64,000 nt of DNA from contig MCFH01000061.1 in the NCBI GenBank assembly GCA_002104945.1, positions 248,001-312,000 of the forward strand, in the 5' to 3' direction. The position numbers and the translations under genes are program-made. The notes beneath the pieces were generated by a model, which saw nothing but the letters and a program-made list of their open reading frames with translations, ran no database searches and had not been told where the DNA came from. This DNA comes from Piromyces finnis finn (Eukaryota > Fungi > Neocallimastigomycota). This document shows positions 12,120-25,123 of this stretch, piece by piece (position 1 is the stretch's first letter; the number at the start of each line of letters is the position of its first letter).

Positions 12120-15013
12120 TTATTTATCTGGGCAAAATCCATATTTATTTTGGCATTTGTTAATGGAACAGTAAGCTGAGGTTGTTCCACAGTAGCCTTT
12201 GTTACTACAGCATTTGTTATCGGAACAGGTTCCATAACTTTCTCCACATTTGCAACTACCATAGTTAGATTGACATCCACTAGATGATGCACAATAAGCT
12301 TTGGTTCTTCCACAATATCCTTTCTTACTACAGCATTGTCCGTCTGAACATAATCCATAGTTTTCACCACATTTGCAACTACCATAGTTAGATTGACATC
12401 CGTTGGAAGAATAACAGTAAGATTTAGTTTTTCCACAATATCCCTTTTTACTACAACATAAACCATCTGAACACATTCCATAATCCTCACCACATTTACA
12501 AGTACCGAATTCAGATTGACATCCATTAGAAGCAGCACAATGAGCATCGGATACTCCACAATAACCATGTTTACTGCAACATTTACCAGAAGGACAACTA
12601 CCAAAGACACCTCCACATCTTCTTGCAGCTTCACATTTATTACCATAGTTATATTCTGAATGGCTATATAATATGTTTTTATATAAGCAAAAAAACATTA
12701 TGATGTGTTATAAAATAAATATAAATATATTAATATTTTACTTTTTATTAAAATAATCTACACAATAAATAGATAAATAAATAAATCGATAATTACTTTA
12801 TTTTTTGAATTTCAGCTGGAAGAGTATCAATACAATTTTTATCAATTCCTCTATATTTTAATAAATTAATACAAAAACAAAAATAATATTAGTACTTAAA
12901 TAAGTCATTTTGTTGTTTAATTAAATACGATAATTTACAGATATTTAAGATTTCTTAAATTTCCAATTTCAGCTGGAACTTCCTTTATTCTATTATCTGA
13001 AAAATCTCTAAATGAATGATGTTATAAGTTAATATATAAAACCAAATTTATTTATTTAAAATATTCTAATATTTGATAAAATGTATTTACAAGTATTCAA
13101 GTTTATTAAGGTTTTTGATTTTAGATGGAATGACAGATATATAATTTTCATTAAAACGTCTGTATAATTTGTATAATTTTATATATTTTAAAAAAGATGA
13201 TAAATACAATAGGTTAAAATAATATATTTATTTATTATTATACTATTAAAAACTATTTTAAATATACATACAAATCTTTAATATTTTCAAGATTTCCTAT
13301 TTCGGATGGAATTGTCGTTAATTCATTATTATGGGAATACCTATTAAAAGATTCCGTAATTCAATATTTAATAAAATTATCTTAATCATATATTGTTTCA
13401 TATTAAATTATACATACAATTTTGTAAGATTTTTAAGATTTCCAATTTCTTGAGGAATTGATGTTAATTTATTATTTTCTATATATCTATTAATATGTAA
13501 TAATTAAATAGGTTTAATAATATAATATATAATATAAATTTATATTAAAACTTTATTTACAATTCTGTAAGATTAACAAGATTTCCAATTTTTGCTGGGA
13601 TAGATGTTAATTCATTTTGTGATATATTTCTATAACGTTTTTTAAAAATATTAATTTTATTATTATTTTTTTATAAAATATTTCTATTTTATACTATATA
13701 ATTAAATTATTTAGTATTTTTATATTTCATTTTACAATTCTTTAAAATTTGAAAATATATCAATATCAAATGGAATTTGTTTTAATTTATTATCATTTAA
13801 TGTTCTATGAGTGATATGATTAAAGTATAATGTAAAGCATTAATAAATTTACTTTTCTTAATAACACATATTTATTATTATTCTATTATATAATACTTAA
13901 AATTGTTTTAATATACATACAAATCTTTAAGCTTTTTAAGATTTCCAATTTCTGATGGAATTGTTGTTAACTTATTATTATTAAAATATCTTTATTAAAT
14001 ATATTGTTAATAACATTAAATTTTTATATAAAAGTATACATTCAAATATTTTATATACATTTACATTCAATATACTTACAAATATTCGAGATTAACAAGA
14101 TTTCCAATAGATTTTGGAACTTCAATTAATTCATTATAATATAAAACTCTAATATAAAAATTCAATTCATATTAAATAAATTATTTTATGATATTGATTT
14201 TTCTTTTTTTTTCTTTTACATTTTGACTTACAAGCAATAAAGATTTTTAAGATCACCAATAGTTGAAGGTATTTTTGATAATTGATTATTATTTAAAATT
14301 CTAATTAATATATATTTTTTAAAAATGTAAACTTATCAATAAAATAATTATATTTAATAATTATTTTTTCTTCCATAAATAAAAAAATTGTGAATAATTT
14401 TTTACAATAGCAAAAGATTTTTAAGTTTTCCAATTTCTGGAGAAATCGTAGTTAACATATTATTTGGTAAATATCTATAAACAAATTTATAAAAAAAAGT
14501 ATTAAAAATAGTGGTTTTAATAATTTTTATCATATAATATTATTAATAAAATTCTACTTACAGTTGTTCTAGATTTACAAGCTTTCCAATATCTGAAGGA
14601 ATTTCAGTTATTTTATTATTATATAAATTTCTATTTATTCATATATTAAATAAATAAAAAATTAAAATAAAATTTTAAAAGTAACAATTTTTACATTTTT
14701 ATGATTAATATATTAATACATACAAATATCTTAAGGAAGTTATTTCAAAAATAAATTCTGGAATTTCAGTTATGCCTTTAGAATGAATATGCCTTTTTAT
14801 TGAAATTAAATATTATGTAAATAATAAGTATATTAATGATTATTTCATTTACATTTATTAAAATTACAAAATTTACAATTCGTAAGGAACATTTTCTTCT
14901 TTTTCACCGCAGTGAGTAAGAATATCTCCTAATTTTTGTTTAACTTCTTTACATGAATAACCAAAAGTTATTGAAATTAATAACCCCAAAATCAAAATAG
15001 ATTTTAATATCAT
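12120..15013 (-). CDS. Secreted LRR + 4xCBM18 protein, copy 2; 15 exons, about 520 aa
   Basis: Exon 1 is 15013-14877. Twelve 69-nt LRR exons: 14792-14724, 14630-14562, 14474-14406, 14300-14232, 14148-14080, 13989-13921, 13804-13736, 13629-13561, 13486-13418, 13340-13272, 13159-13091, 13007-12939. A 54-nt exon at 12850-12797, then the CBM exon 12663-12120. All junctions are AG/GT, phase 2. Confidence 0.9.
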
Positions 15014-15271
15014 TTTATTTTTGTCTTGTATTTTTTGCTTTATTTTAAAAGTTAATACAATTATTATAGATTTTAAAATAAAAAATTGTAAATTTTCTTT
15101 GTTCTATTTCTTTAGATAAAAAGTATAATTGAAACTTGGTCTAATTGAAAAATGAAGGAAAAGTGAAAAGTCATTCTATTTATACTTTTTATTGAAAATA
15201 AACTTTTTATTACTTAAAATAAATTAGAATTAAATAACATGATATCTAAAACTATTTAAATATAATATTTA

Positions 15272-15989
<718 letters not shown>

Positions 15990-16886
15990 TACACTTGTTC
16001 ATATATTAACAAATATATTAATGAAAATATTTAAATTGAAATAATTAAAAGAATTTCTTTATCAAATAGAATTTCTTCAAAATTAAAGAAATCCTCTTAA
16101 TTTATCTTTCTGAAATTTTATTGGTTCTAGTCTTCAAAGAATTATAAATTAATTTAATTTTATATATAGAAAAAAGATAAAGTCTTGATAATTTTTTTTT
16201 CTATTACTCATCCTTTTTATTATTATTTTGTAACTTGAATAAATGTCATAATCATTTCCATTAAAACATAAATAAGTTTCTGAAATAATGACGAATGCTT
16301 CCAAAATCTATTTGTTTTTGGATTATTAATATAAAATTCAAATATGAATTTATTAGTATAATCCGTTTGGCAATACGCAAAGAATAACCTAAATGAAATA
16401 ATAATGCATTTAAATTATATTTGATTTTTATAGTTAATCCTTCATATAAAAAGTATAAAATATTTAATGTATAATAAAATACAATAAAATATAAATATAA
16501 AATAATAAATGGCATAGTATAAAATTATGTTTTTATTATTTAAATTTATTTTATCTTGTGAAAATGTTTACTTTTCATTTGGCTACAGTCACATTGTCTC
16601 ATGCCTATTTTACTATATTTTATTTAATAAAGTTTTTATTTCAAAAATATAAAAAGGATAACATGCATTGAATATAAAGACTTTTAGGATAATTGGAAAT
16701 TTAGACCAGACATAAAATAATGATTAATATGAATGTCATTAAATTAGGTTAATCAACGTTGAATACTAAGGAAAATTTAAATACATACCACTACTTCCAA
16801 TATAATGTAACTTATTATCAGAGTACAAATCATTTATATAATTTTCAATTGCTTTATTTTCACATTTAAATTTTAATAAATTAGGT

Positions 16887-17611
16887 TTAAATATTTTTTT
16901 TGGAATATTTTGAAATTATTTTCATAGAAAAATTTAAATGCATTCTATAGCTACAATCGCAATTAATATCATTTATACAATTAAAATTTTGTATTAAATA
17001 ATCTAAAACATTAGTATCTCTTCCAAATACTACAAATATATTATTAATTAATTTTTCTTCGGAAATATATTTAGTAACATTTTTTATATTATGTTTTCCA
17101 TTCAAATAAAAGTAATCTTCGAATAGTACAAATAAAATACTTGGATATAATTTATATCTTTGTGTTCCATTTCTGATGGATAAAGGTATTTTAATATCTG
17201 TAATGATATTATATTTATACAAAAAATAAATGTAGAATACTATATTGATATTTTTTATAAATTTTATTAATATATCTCTTCTTGATTCTTTCAGTAATTT
17301 ATTAATAAAAAATTCGTCAATTATTAGGAAATCAAAAGTATACATTTGATAATTACCCAAGATTACATCTTCTTTATATTTATTAGTAAAAGAAATTTGC
17401 ATAAATCTTTCATATTGTTTATCGTTAAAAATAATAAAAAATTACTTATCTCTACAACGTTTTCATGATATTTTATTGATTCATATTCAAATAATGGTTT
17501 TATTAAAAAAATTCCTTTTTGAGATAGTTCCAATAAATAATCAGGATCACAGTCTTCTTTCTCTAATTCTTTATAGAATAACTCGGTATTCCTTTCTTTG
17601 CTACTATTCAT
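16887..17611 (-). pseudogene. Intronless K/N/I/Y-rich gene of unknown function, split by one frameshift (about 241 aa if repaired)
   Basis: ORFs 17611-17363 and 17402-16887 overlap. Adding one base to the 6-nt homopolymer at 17436-17441 gives a continuous EISNFFIIFNDKQYERFMQISF... Real frameshift or assembly indel. Confidence 0.5.
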
Positions 17612-18186
17612 TTAAAAAATTTATATAATTAGAAAATAAATTTTTAAAGGGTTATTGTCAAAAATAATTGTATATAATTAGTTAAAATTTTATATATTAA
17701 TAATTTATATATAATAATAAAAATTTAATTTATATTAAAAGTTTTTTATTTTTTATAATTACAACAATTTAAGCAAAGAGTAATGTAATATCTTATTTCT
17801 TATGTAATAAATTAATGAATAAAGTATTTATATGATATTTAACCCTAATAGATTAAGGTATAGTTAACAAATCTATTTTATTTATAATATTTCTTTAATA
17901 AATCATTTTAATATTTATTTTTTATTTTTTATTTTTCATAAAATGATTTATTAAATAAATTTTTATTTCAAAACTTATACATAATAAATATAAAATATTT
18001 ATTATTATTCTTAACATTTTTAATTATAAAATGTTATTGCAATTCTCACATTCATTATTTGTATGAATTATCATTATTAATTTTAGGAGTTGCAGATAAA
18101 TCATGTGTTCAATTAAAGGAATGTGGTCCTAAACTTTCTGATCCAAATGATATAAATTAGTTTAAGAATTTGGATTATCCATTATT

Positions 18187-18423
18187 ATGATTAGGATTAC
18201 TGAAGAAAATCCTAAAAAGTTTCCACACGTTGAAAATTATGTAAACAAAGATGGCAATGGTATTACAAAATACATATTTGGCAATCTGGAAGTAGTCGAA
18301 CCTCAGACAGAAGATTTAGAAGTTATAATTAATGATGTAATAAAATCTAAATCTGACTGTCATGGTTATATTTACAGAAGAATCCACTGGAAGATATCAA
18401 TTAATAGATATAAAGAATTATAA
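18187..18423 (+). CDS. Short 78-aa ORF or gene fragment, unknown function
   Basis: Protein-like composition (FPHVENYVNKDGNGITKYIFGNLEVVEPQTEDLEVIINDVIK) and raised GC relative to flanks; no family recognised with confidence. Confidence 0.35.
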   Translation: MIRITEENPKKFPHVENYVNKDGNGITKYIFGNLEVVEPQTEDLEVIINDVIKSKSDCHGYIYRRIHWKISINRYKEL

Positions 18424-18742
18424 GATAATTTAAAAAAAAAAATAAAATAGACACAAATAAAGAATTATAAGATAATTTAAAAAAAAAAATGAAATAGACA
18501 CAAAGTTTAATATTTTTAATTTTCTAATCTTTTATTTTTTATATTTTTTTTTTATTTATAATAAATAAATATAGAAGAAGGTAAAAACATTTAATAAATT
18601 AAAATAAATAACAGGATTATTCTTTTAAAATAAATAAATTAATTGTTTGGTTATAAAATATTTTTTTCATTCTATTTAAATAGAGATAGTTTCAGTTTTT
18701 TTTTTTTTTTAAATTTATATTACTTTTTTTTTAAGTTTTGGT

Positions 18743-19855
18743 TTAATTTAAAGCACCAAAAGCAGCTAAGATGAAGTTGTAGAATCCAGCTGAAACGGCT
18801 ACACCATTGTGATCAGCACCTTGAACTTCAAACCAAATGTGTTCTTGGTTGTTTCTAGTTAAAATTTCATGGTAACTCTTTGGGAATTGTCCAACAACTG
18901 AATCACTAGTACCACAGTTTATAAGAGCAACGATTGGTGAAATTTCAGCACGGAAACTGTCTTCAGTAAATAAACCTTTGTGATAACCAGAAGAGTCAGT
19001 ACCTGGGGTAACACCTGGAGCTGGAGAGAAAGCACCAACATAACCAAATAAGTCAGATCTCTTAAAACCAATGTAAAGACTGTTACGACCACCCATAGAG
19101 AAACCACAAATAGCAGTATTTTCTCTACCAGTTTTAATAGAGTAATTAGCCTTTACGTATGGCATAATGACATCAGTTAATTCATTGATAAAGTTATCAT
19201 AACCATCAAAGTAGGCTTGATTAAAAGCGGCTTCAACTTCCTTACCAGCTTCTGGAGCATATTCATATGGAAGAACAATAATCATTTCTTTAGCTCTACC
19301 ATCATTGAATAAGTTTGTTGGAATAGTAAGACTACCCATTTCAGCTTCTAACATAGAATCTTCATTACACATAATACCGTGTAATAAGTATAAAACTGGA
19401 TATTGTTTACTTTCAGTATATCCTACTGGAAGAATAACATTTAATGGACGATAGGATTGTGTAATTTTTGAAAAGTAGTAAATCTTTTTGGCAGTTGGGT
19501 ATTGAACACCTGGTCTTTCAGATATAGCGTCTTTTGGACAGGATGTAACAACATCAAGTTTACTCATATAACTACCATTAGATGATGTAGTTGTATTTTG
19601 TTCTGGTTGTTGTTGTTCCCATGGATTAACGGCATTATTTATTGGTTTCTTCATACCACACCAGTTGTTATTTTCAACACCCCATTCACCATTACTATCA
19701 ACATAAACAACATCCTTTGTTTGTTTACAACATGGAACACCAAATTTAAGAGAGAAACATTCATCATTAATTACTTTTGGTTGTTCCCATAAATTTGCGG
19801 AAACCTTAGCAGTTAAAGCTGCTACAATTAAAGATAAAACACTGAAAGACTTCAT
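18743..19855 (-). CDS. Carbohydrate esterase family 1 (feruloyl esterase-like) with signal peptide and one N-terminal fungal dockerin (CBM10-like)
   Basis: Signal peptide [20 protein letters not shown]. Dockerin [11 protein letters not shown]...[12 protein letters not shown]. Esterase motifs YPVLYLLHG and GFSMGG (GxSxG), with candidate Asp (GTSD) and His (GADH). Intronless. Confidence 0.9.
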   Translation of the reverse strand: MKSFSVLSLIVAALTAKVSANLWEQPKVINDECFSLKFGVPCCKQTKDVVYVDSNGEWGVENNNWCGMKKPINNAVNPWEQQQPEQNTTTSSNGSYMSKLDVVTSCPKDAISERPGVQYPTAKKIYYFSKITQSYRPLNVILPVGYTESKQYPVLYLLHGIMCNEDSMLEAEMGSLTIPTNLFNDGRAKEMIIVLPYEYAPEAGKEVEAAFNQAYFDGYDNFINELTDVIMPYVKANYSIKTGRENTAICGFSMGGRNSLYIGFKRSDLFGYVGAFSPAPGVTPGTDSSGYHKGLFTEDSFRAEISPIVALINCGTSDSVVGQFPKSYHEILTRNNQEHIWFEVQGADHNGVAVSAGFYNFILAAFGALN

Positions 19856-21056
19856 TTTTTTTTTGGTAATAAATAAATATTATAAATTTGAAAAAAAAAA
19901 AAGTTTTTTTTTTTTATAGAATAAATAAGTTTTTAGGGTTTTTATTGTAATAAATAAATAACTATTTTAAAATTGAATAATTTAAAAAGATTTATAAATA
20001 GAAAAATGAAATGTAATATTTTCTATTATAAATCTTTGATAGTGAAGAAAAAAAAAAAAAGGCAAAAAAACAAAACTATTTATATGAAAATCAATATTTT
20101 TACTTTTATTAATAGAAACACAATTATCCAAAAAAAGGAAACTATAAAAATTCCCAAATTATAAATATTAAAAATAAATTAAAAATATCTCTTTTTGTGC
20201 TTTATTTATTTTATTTATTGTTTGTAACCCATTTTGGAAATTGTGGAAGGTTGGAAAAAAGATGATAATAAAAATACGGCCTATCTAAAAATGTAAATTT
20301 TATTAACAAATTATATTAAAAAATATGATTTGGAAAAAAACCGCCTTCATTATTTAAGAATGTATTAATTCATGTGATTTTAACCTATAACAATCAAAAT
20401 TTATTGTTTTATTTTTTATAGGGAATAAAAATAGTAATATAGAGTAGGATTATATAAATAACAATACAATTTAAATATTATTGGATAGAATTAAAAACAA
20501 TTTGATAAAAAAAACAATAATTTTATATTTATTAAACTTTTTTTTTAAAGTGTTAATCATTAATAAATTAAAATTAAAAATATGAATTATCCAATAATTT
20601 AAAATTATATGTTACACTAAAGTTGATTTTTTTTATCTATAAATAAATAACAATAAAATATAACTTATTTAAGGATGATGATTATTTTTTATTTTTTAAT
20701 AATTATAAAAATAAACTGTTATATTATTTAGTTATATATAATAATTAATATATATATAAATGGTAAAAATATAAAAATACAATAGTGCCTTTATGTACAA
20801 ATATTATGAATTACAATAATTTATTAATAATTTATTGTAATTCATAATATTTTTATTCACCACAAACTTTATTTTATAACAATTAAAGTTTATGTTATTT
20901 ATTTTATAACAAAAATAAAAATTTTTATATTAATTGCCTTAAATGGTAATGCGGTACAAATTAAAATAGTAACCAAAAAAAAATTAATTAAAATTTAATT
21001 TTATAATTTTAATATTATTTAAAGAAGATCATTTTTTATAATAAAAAATTAAAGTT

Positions 21057-21184
21057 TTTGATGTTAATTGCTGCGGTTTCAGCCAAATGATGGAAATAAC
21101 CAAAAGTTATCAATAGGTAGTTTGATGTTAATTGCTGCAGTTTCAGCCAAATGATGGAAATAACCAAAAGTTATCAATAGGTAG
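21057..21184. repeat. Direct tandem duplication of 64 bp
   Basis: 21057-21120 and 21121-21184 differ at one base (gcggt vs gcagt). Confidence 0.9.
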
Positions 21185-21991
21185 AACTTCATCTTACCTA
21201 CTTTTATTTAGGTTAGGTGTTTCTATAAAAATATTTTTTATGCTGAAGATAGTGATCAACTTGTTCCAGAATTTCTTAATTAAACAATTCAAACATATTT
21301 CAACAATTATAATCAAGGACACGGGTATGATCATTTTATTTCTAATTGTTGGATGTCAATTCGATAGTTCATTATTACAAAAAATGTTTTTAGGTTTAAT
21401 TAAAACAATCATTTTATCGTAATATTTAACTTTTTAATGATAAACAAAAGTAAAAAAATATTCAACTATTATTATAAATACTTTGTAAATTTTTTATTTT
21501 TTTTTTTTTTTTTAATCATTATCATTCATTATCATTATTGTGAAATAAATTTAATTAATAAATAATTTTATTCAAAAGGTTAACAAAGAGAAAAAGTTAC
21601 ATTGTAAGTTTTCAGTTATATAATGAGATGTAAGGTTATGTGATCATAAAAAATAAAATAAAAATCTCTACAACACGTAGACATTACGTTTACAACACTT
21701 TTAATACATGTTTATGTTTTTTTAAAATTAATCACGTGTGTTTATAAATATATGATATAGATAAATAAAATTATGTGTCAATAAATGTTCACAATTATCA
21801 TTATATGTAACTTTTTTAAATAAAATTTTTTTTTAAAAAAAAAAAAAAAAGAAAAATATTTCATTAAAATAGTTTTTATTTTTAATTTTTTATTATTTTA
21901 ATTATTATTTTTCAATTTTCAATTTATTCTTATATTTTTTTAATTAACTTTTATTCTTTAAAAAAACTATTTAAATATTATTATCTTAAAT

Positions 21992-24511
21992 TTAATTTAT
22001 GATAGTAGTGCGAACCATCATAACAGTTTTAGTGATAGTTTTAATTTTGTTTGTTGTGGTAGCAGTAATTGTGACAAGGTCTTCTTCTTCTTCAGAATCA
22101 CTATCATTATCATCAATAGATGTTGGCTCTTCAACATCAACTTCAAGAGCTTCATCATCTGAAATAAATTCTATTTCAGTTAGTGTTGGTTCAACTGTAG
22201 AAATAGTCTGAGTCTCAACAAATGATTCAGAATAGGTTTGGGTTGATGTCTCAGTTGATGCTTCAGTTGGTGTTTCAGTTGATAATTCGGTGGATGTTTC
22301 AGTTGGTGATTCAATGGATGATTCAGTGGATGTTTCAGTTGGTGATTCAATGAATATTTCAGTTGATGTTTCAGTTGGTGATTCAATGGATGATTCAGTT
22401 AGTACCTCGGTTGCCAATTCATTTGGTGATTCAGTTGTTGTTTCAATTGGTGTTTCAAATAAAATATCAGTATAATATTCATTTTCATAATCAAAGAAAT
22501 AATCAGTTGATGTTTCAGTTGGCATTTCATATGAATAAGTAAAATGCCAATTATCAAATATTGGATCATATTCATAGTTAGCATTAAGTTCTTCAACAAC
22601 TGGATACTCATAATTTTCATCTAAATAAATTGGATCACATTCTAATTCATAGGAATTACAAACAAATCTATATTTCATTAGAATCCAATATTTTAATCCA
22701 TAAGATTCCATGTCTGAAACTCCATTTGTAAATTCTGAATAAGCATCCCATTGTTCTAAAGAAAAGTCTTTATTACCACTGTCAATATTAAAATAGCCTG
22801 GATAATTACCATTAGCATCTGGTGTCTTATCTAATATAACATATGGTTTAATATATTCTTTAATTTCATCAATATGAGAATAAAGAGTTGATGGATTGAA
22901 AACTTTACTAACAACTTCACCTAATATTTTTTCAAATCTAGCGGAATCAGTTGTTACAAATAATTCCAAGAGATGATTTCCTTCAGTAGTATAGTCATAA
23001 GTTGAATACAAAAAAATATCCTCTTGTCCAAAATCATGATCAAAATCATGAGATAAATAAATCCATTTACCATTAGGTTGCTTATACATATAGTAATTAT
23101 GATTAGCTTGAACATGGTCAAAAGAACCTGTTAAATAATCAATCGCCATTTCATACAAGAAATGATCAATTTCAAAAATATCTTCAAGATCTGCAGCTGA
23201 TTTAGCATTTTCAACTGCTGTTAAAAATTCAATCCATTCTGAATTATCGTTCATTTCTTCTTCATTTTCATTAGAACATCCATCATAATATTGTGGTAAT
23301 ATATCTTCTATTTTATCACATTTATATAAATTTTTGGCATTTTTTTCACCATAAACTTTTTCAACCCATGATAATTTATAATCATCACTTAATGTATACA
23401 ATCCCATAAATTCATCATTAATGTAAAGTTGAACGTAGGTAGATGAAACGGATATTAATCCTAAACGATTGTGAATATCTGAAATTAATTTTGTTCTCAT
23501 AATAGTTGGATCATTACAATCAGCACGGAGTTTTAATTGACTACGTCCATAAAGATCCTTTTTACCTCTAATCTTTAAATTAAAACCTGGCTTTTGGAAG
23601 TATCTAGAATATGCACCACCTAACTTGAGTGTTACTTTATCAAAATTTTTTTGTTCTCTACATTTATATATACAAATATTAAAAATAATATAATGAAAAA
23701 ATAATAAAGAATATAAATATTAATTTCATAAATTTCATAAAATCGAAAATTTAATAATTATACTATTTTTATATTTTATTCATTATTTCATTACCCATCT
23801 AACTCAAAAATCATAGTAGCATTTTTTGTTTTGAAGTCAGTTGATGCTCTATTACTAACCACAAACTTTAAATTACTTATTGTTGTAGATAGAATGTTGT
23901 TTAATTCTTTATCTTTTTCATCTGAAATCTCTAATAAACTTATTCCACTGATAATATTATATAAATTAAAATTTATATTACTTTTTAAAATACTCATCAC
24001 TTTTTCATTTTCATCCTTAAAATTACTAATATTTTCTAAATTAAAGTCGAATCCATTTATCACTTCCATTTCATCATAAGTAGGAAAACCATCTTCTCCT
24101 ACTTTTAATTCTGGGAGTATCTCATCAATATTATAACCAGGGAAAAATTCTTTGAAATTAATTTTTTTGAGAAAAAATACATAAATTTCTATTTCATATT
24201 TGACTCTTTCCATGATGATATAATCATAATAATCGTATTTAATATCTGCTTCGGTTTTTAACTCGGTAAATTCTTCATCAGGCATATATATTTTTAGATT
24301 TGGCATTGTATTATCTGTAAGTTCAAATAATTCTGCCCTTCTCCCTTTATCAATGAAAGTAGATACAGCCAAAGTACTGCAAACTAGATATAATTTATTT
24401 CAAAAATATATTTATTTAGTTAATTACATCAATACTCTTTTTTTATTATTTAATACTTTTTTAGTACGAACCACAACAACATAATAAAATGAATAAGTTT
24501 TTAATTATCAT
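21992..24511 (-). CDS. cotH: CotH-family secreted protein kinase, copy 2 (3 exons, about 764 aa)
   Basis: Exons 24511-24472, 24383-23795 and 23657-21992 sum to 765 codons. Same motifs as copy 1 (SHDFDHDFG). C-terminal TE(S/T)-rich mucin-like tail built from tandem repeats at about 22250-22450. Confidence 0.9.
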
Positions 24512-25123
24512 TTTTTTTAATATTTAATTTTTTGTTTTTTGTTTTTGTTTTTGTTTTTGTTTTTGTTTTTGTTTTTGTTTTTAAAAAACCAAAAAATTTC
24601 GCTTTTTTTTCTTTTATTTATACTTTTTTTTTTATAAAATTCTTAATGATTTTATTGGTTAAAAATTTAATTAAATTTTGTTATGAAAATTATTTATTTT
24701 AACTGCCTTATACCATATTAAATGAAACAGCACAAAGTGATATTTTAAATAAAATATATAAATATATAAAATCATTTTAAATATTCTATTCAATATTATT
24801 TGATAAAATAATAATATTTTATAACTTTTAATAATATTTTTTAAGTCCTCAAAAGGTTAAAATTGAACTATGGAAAAGTTAAGGTTATTTTTTTTATTTA
24901 TTTTTTATTTATTTATTAAAGTTTAAAATAATTATTAAATAAATATAAAAAAATATTTTCGAATAATAATTAAAAAAAAAGAATATATAAAATAAAAAAT
25001 TATTATTTTTCAAGGTATTTTTTATATCAAATATAAAATTATATATATATATATACTTTATGTATATTATACATATATAATTAAAAATATTTGAAATATT
25101 ATTAATAATTTTTTTTTTTTTTT

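Noticed and set aside
8836-15013. Regularly spaced similar 69-bp blocks separated by unique AT-rich DNA, superficially CRISPR-like
   Set aside because: The blocks are LRR exons bounded by AG/GT, and the spacers are introns.
18087-18160. Possible orphan terminal exon (VADKSCVQLKECGPKLSDPNDIN*), faintly like a Brix-domain ECGP motif
   Set aside because: Too short, no credible upstream exon, and the similarity cannot be tested here.
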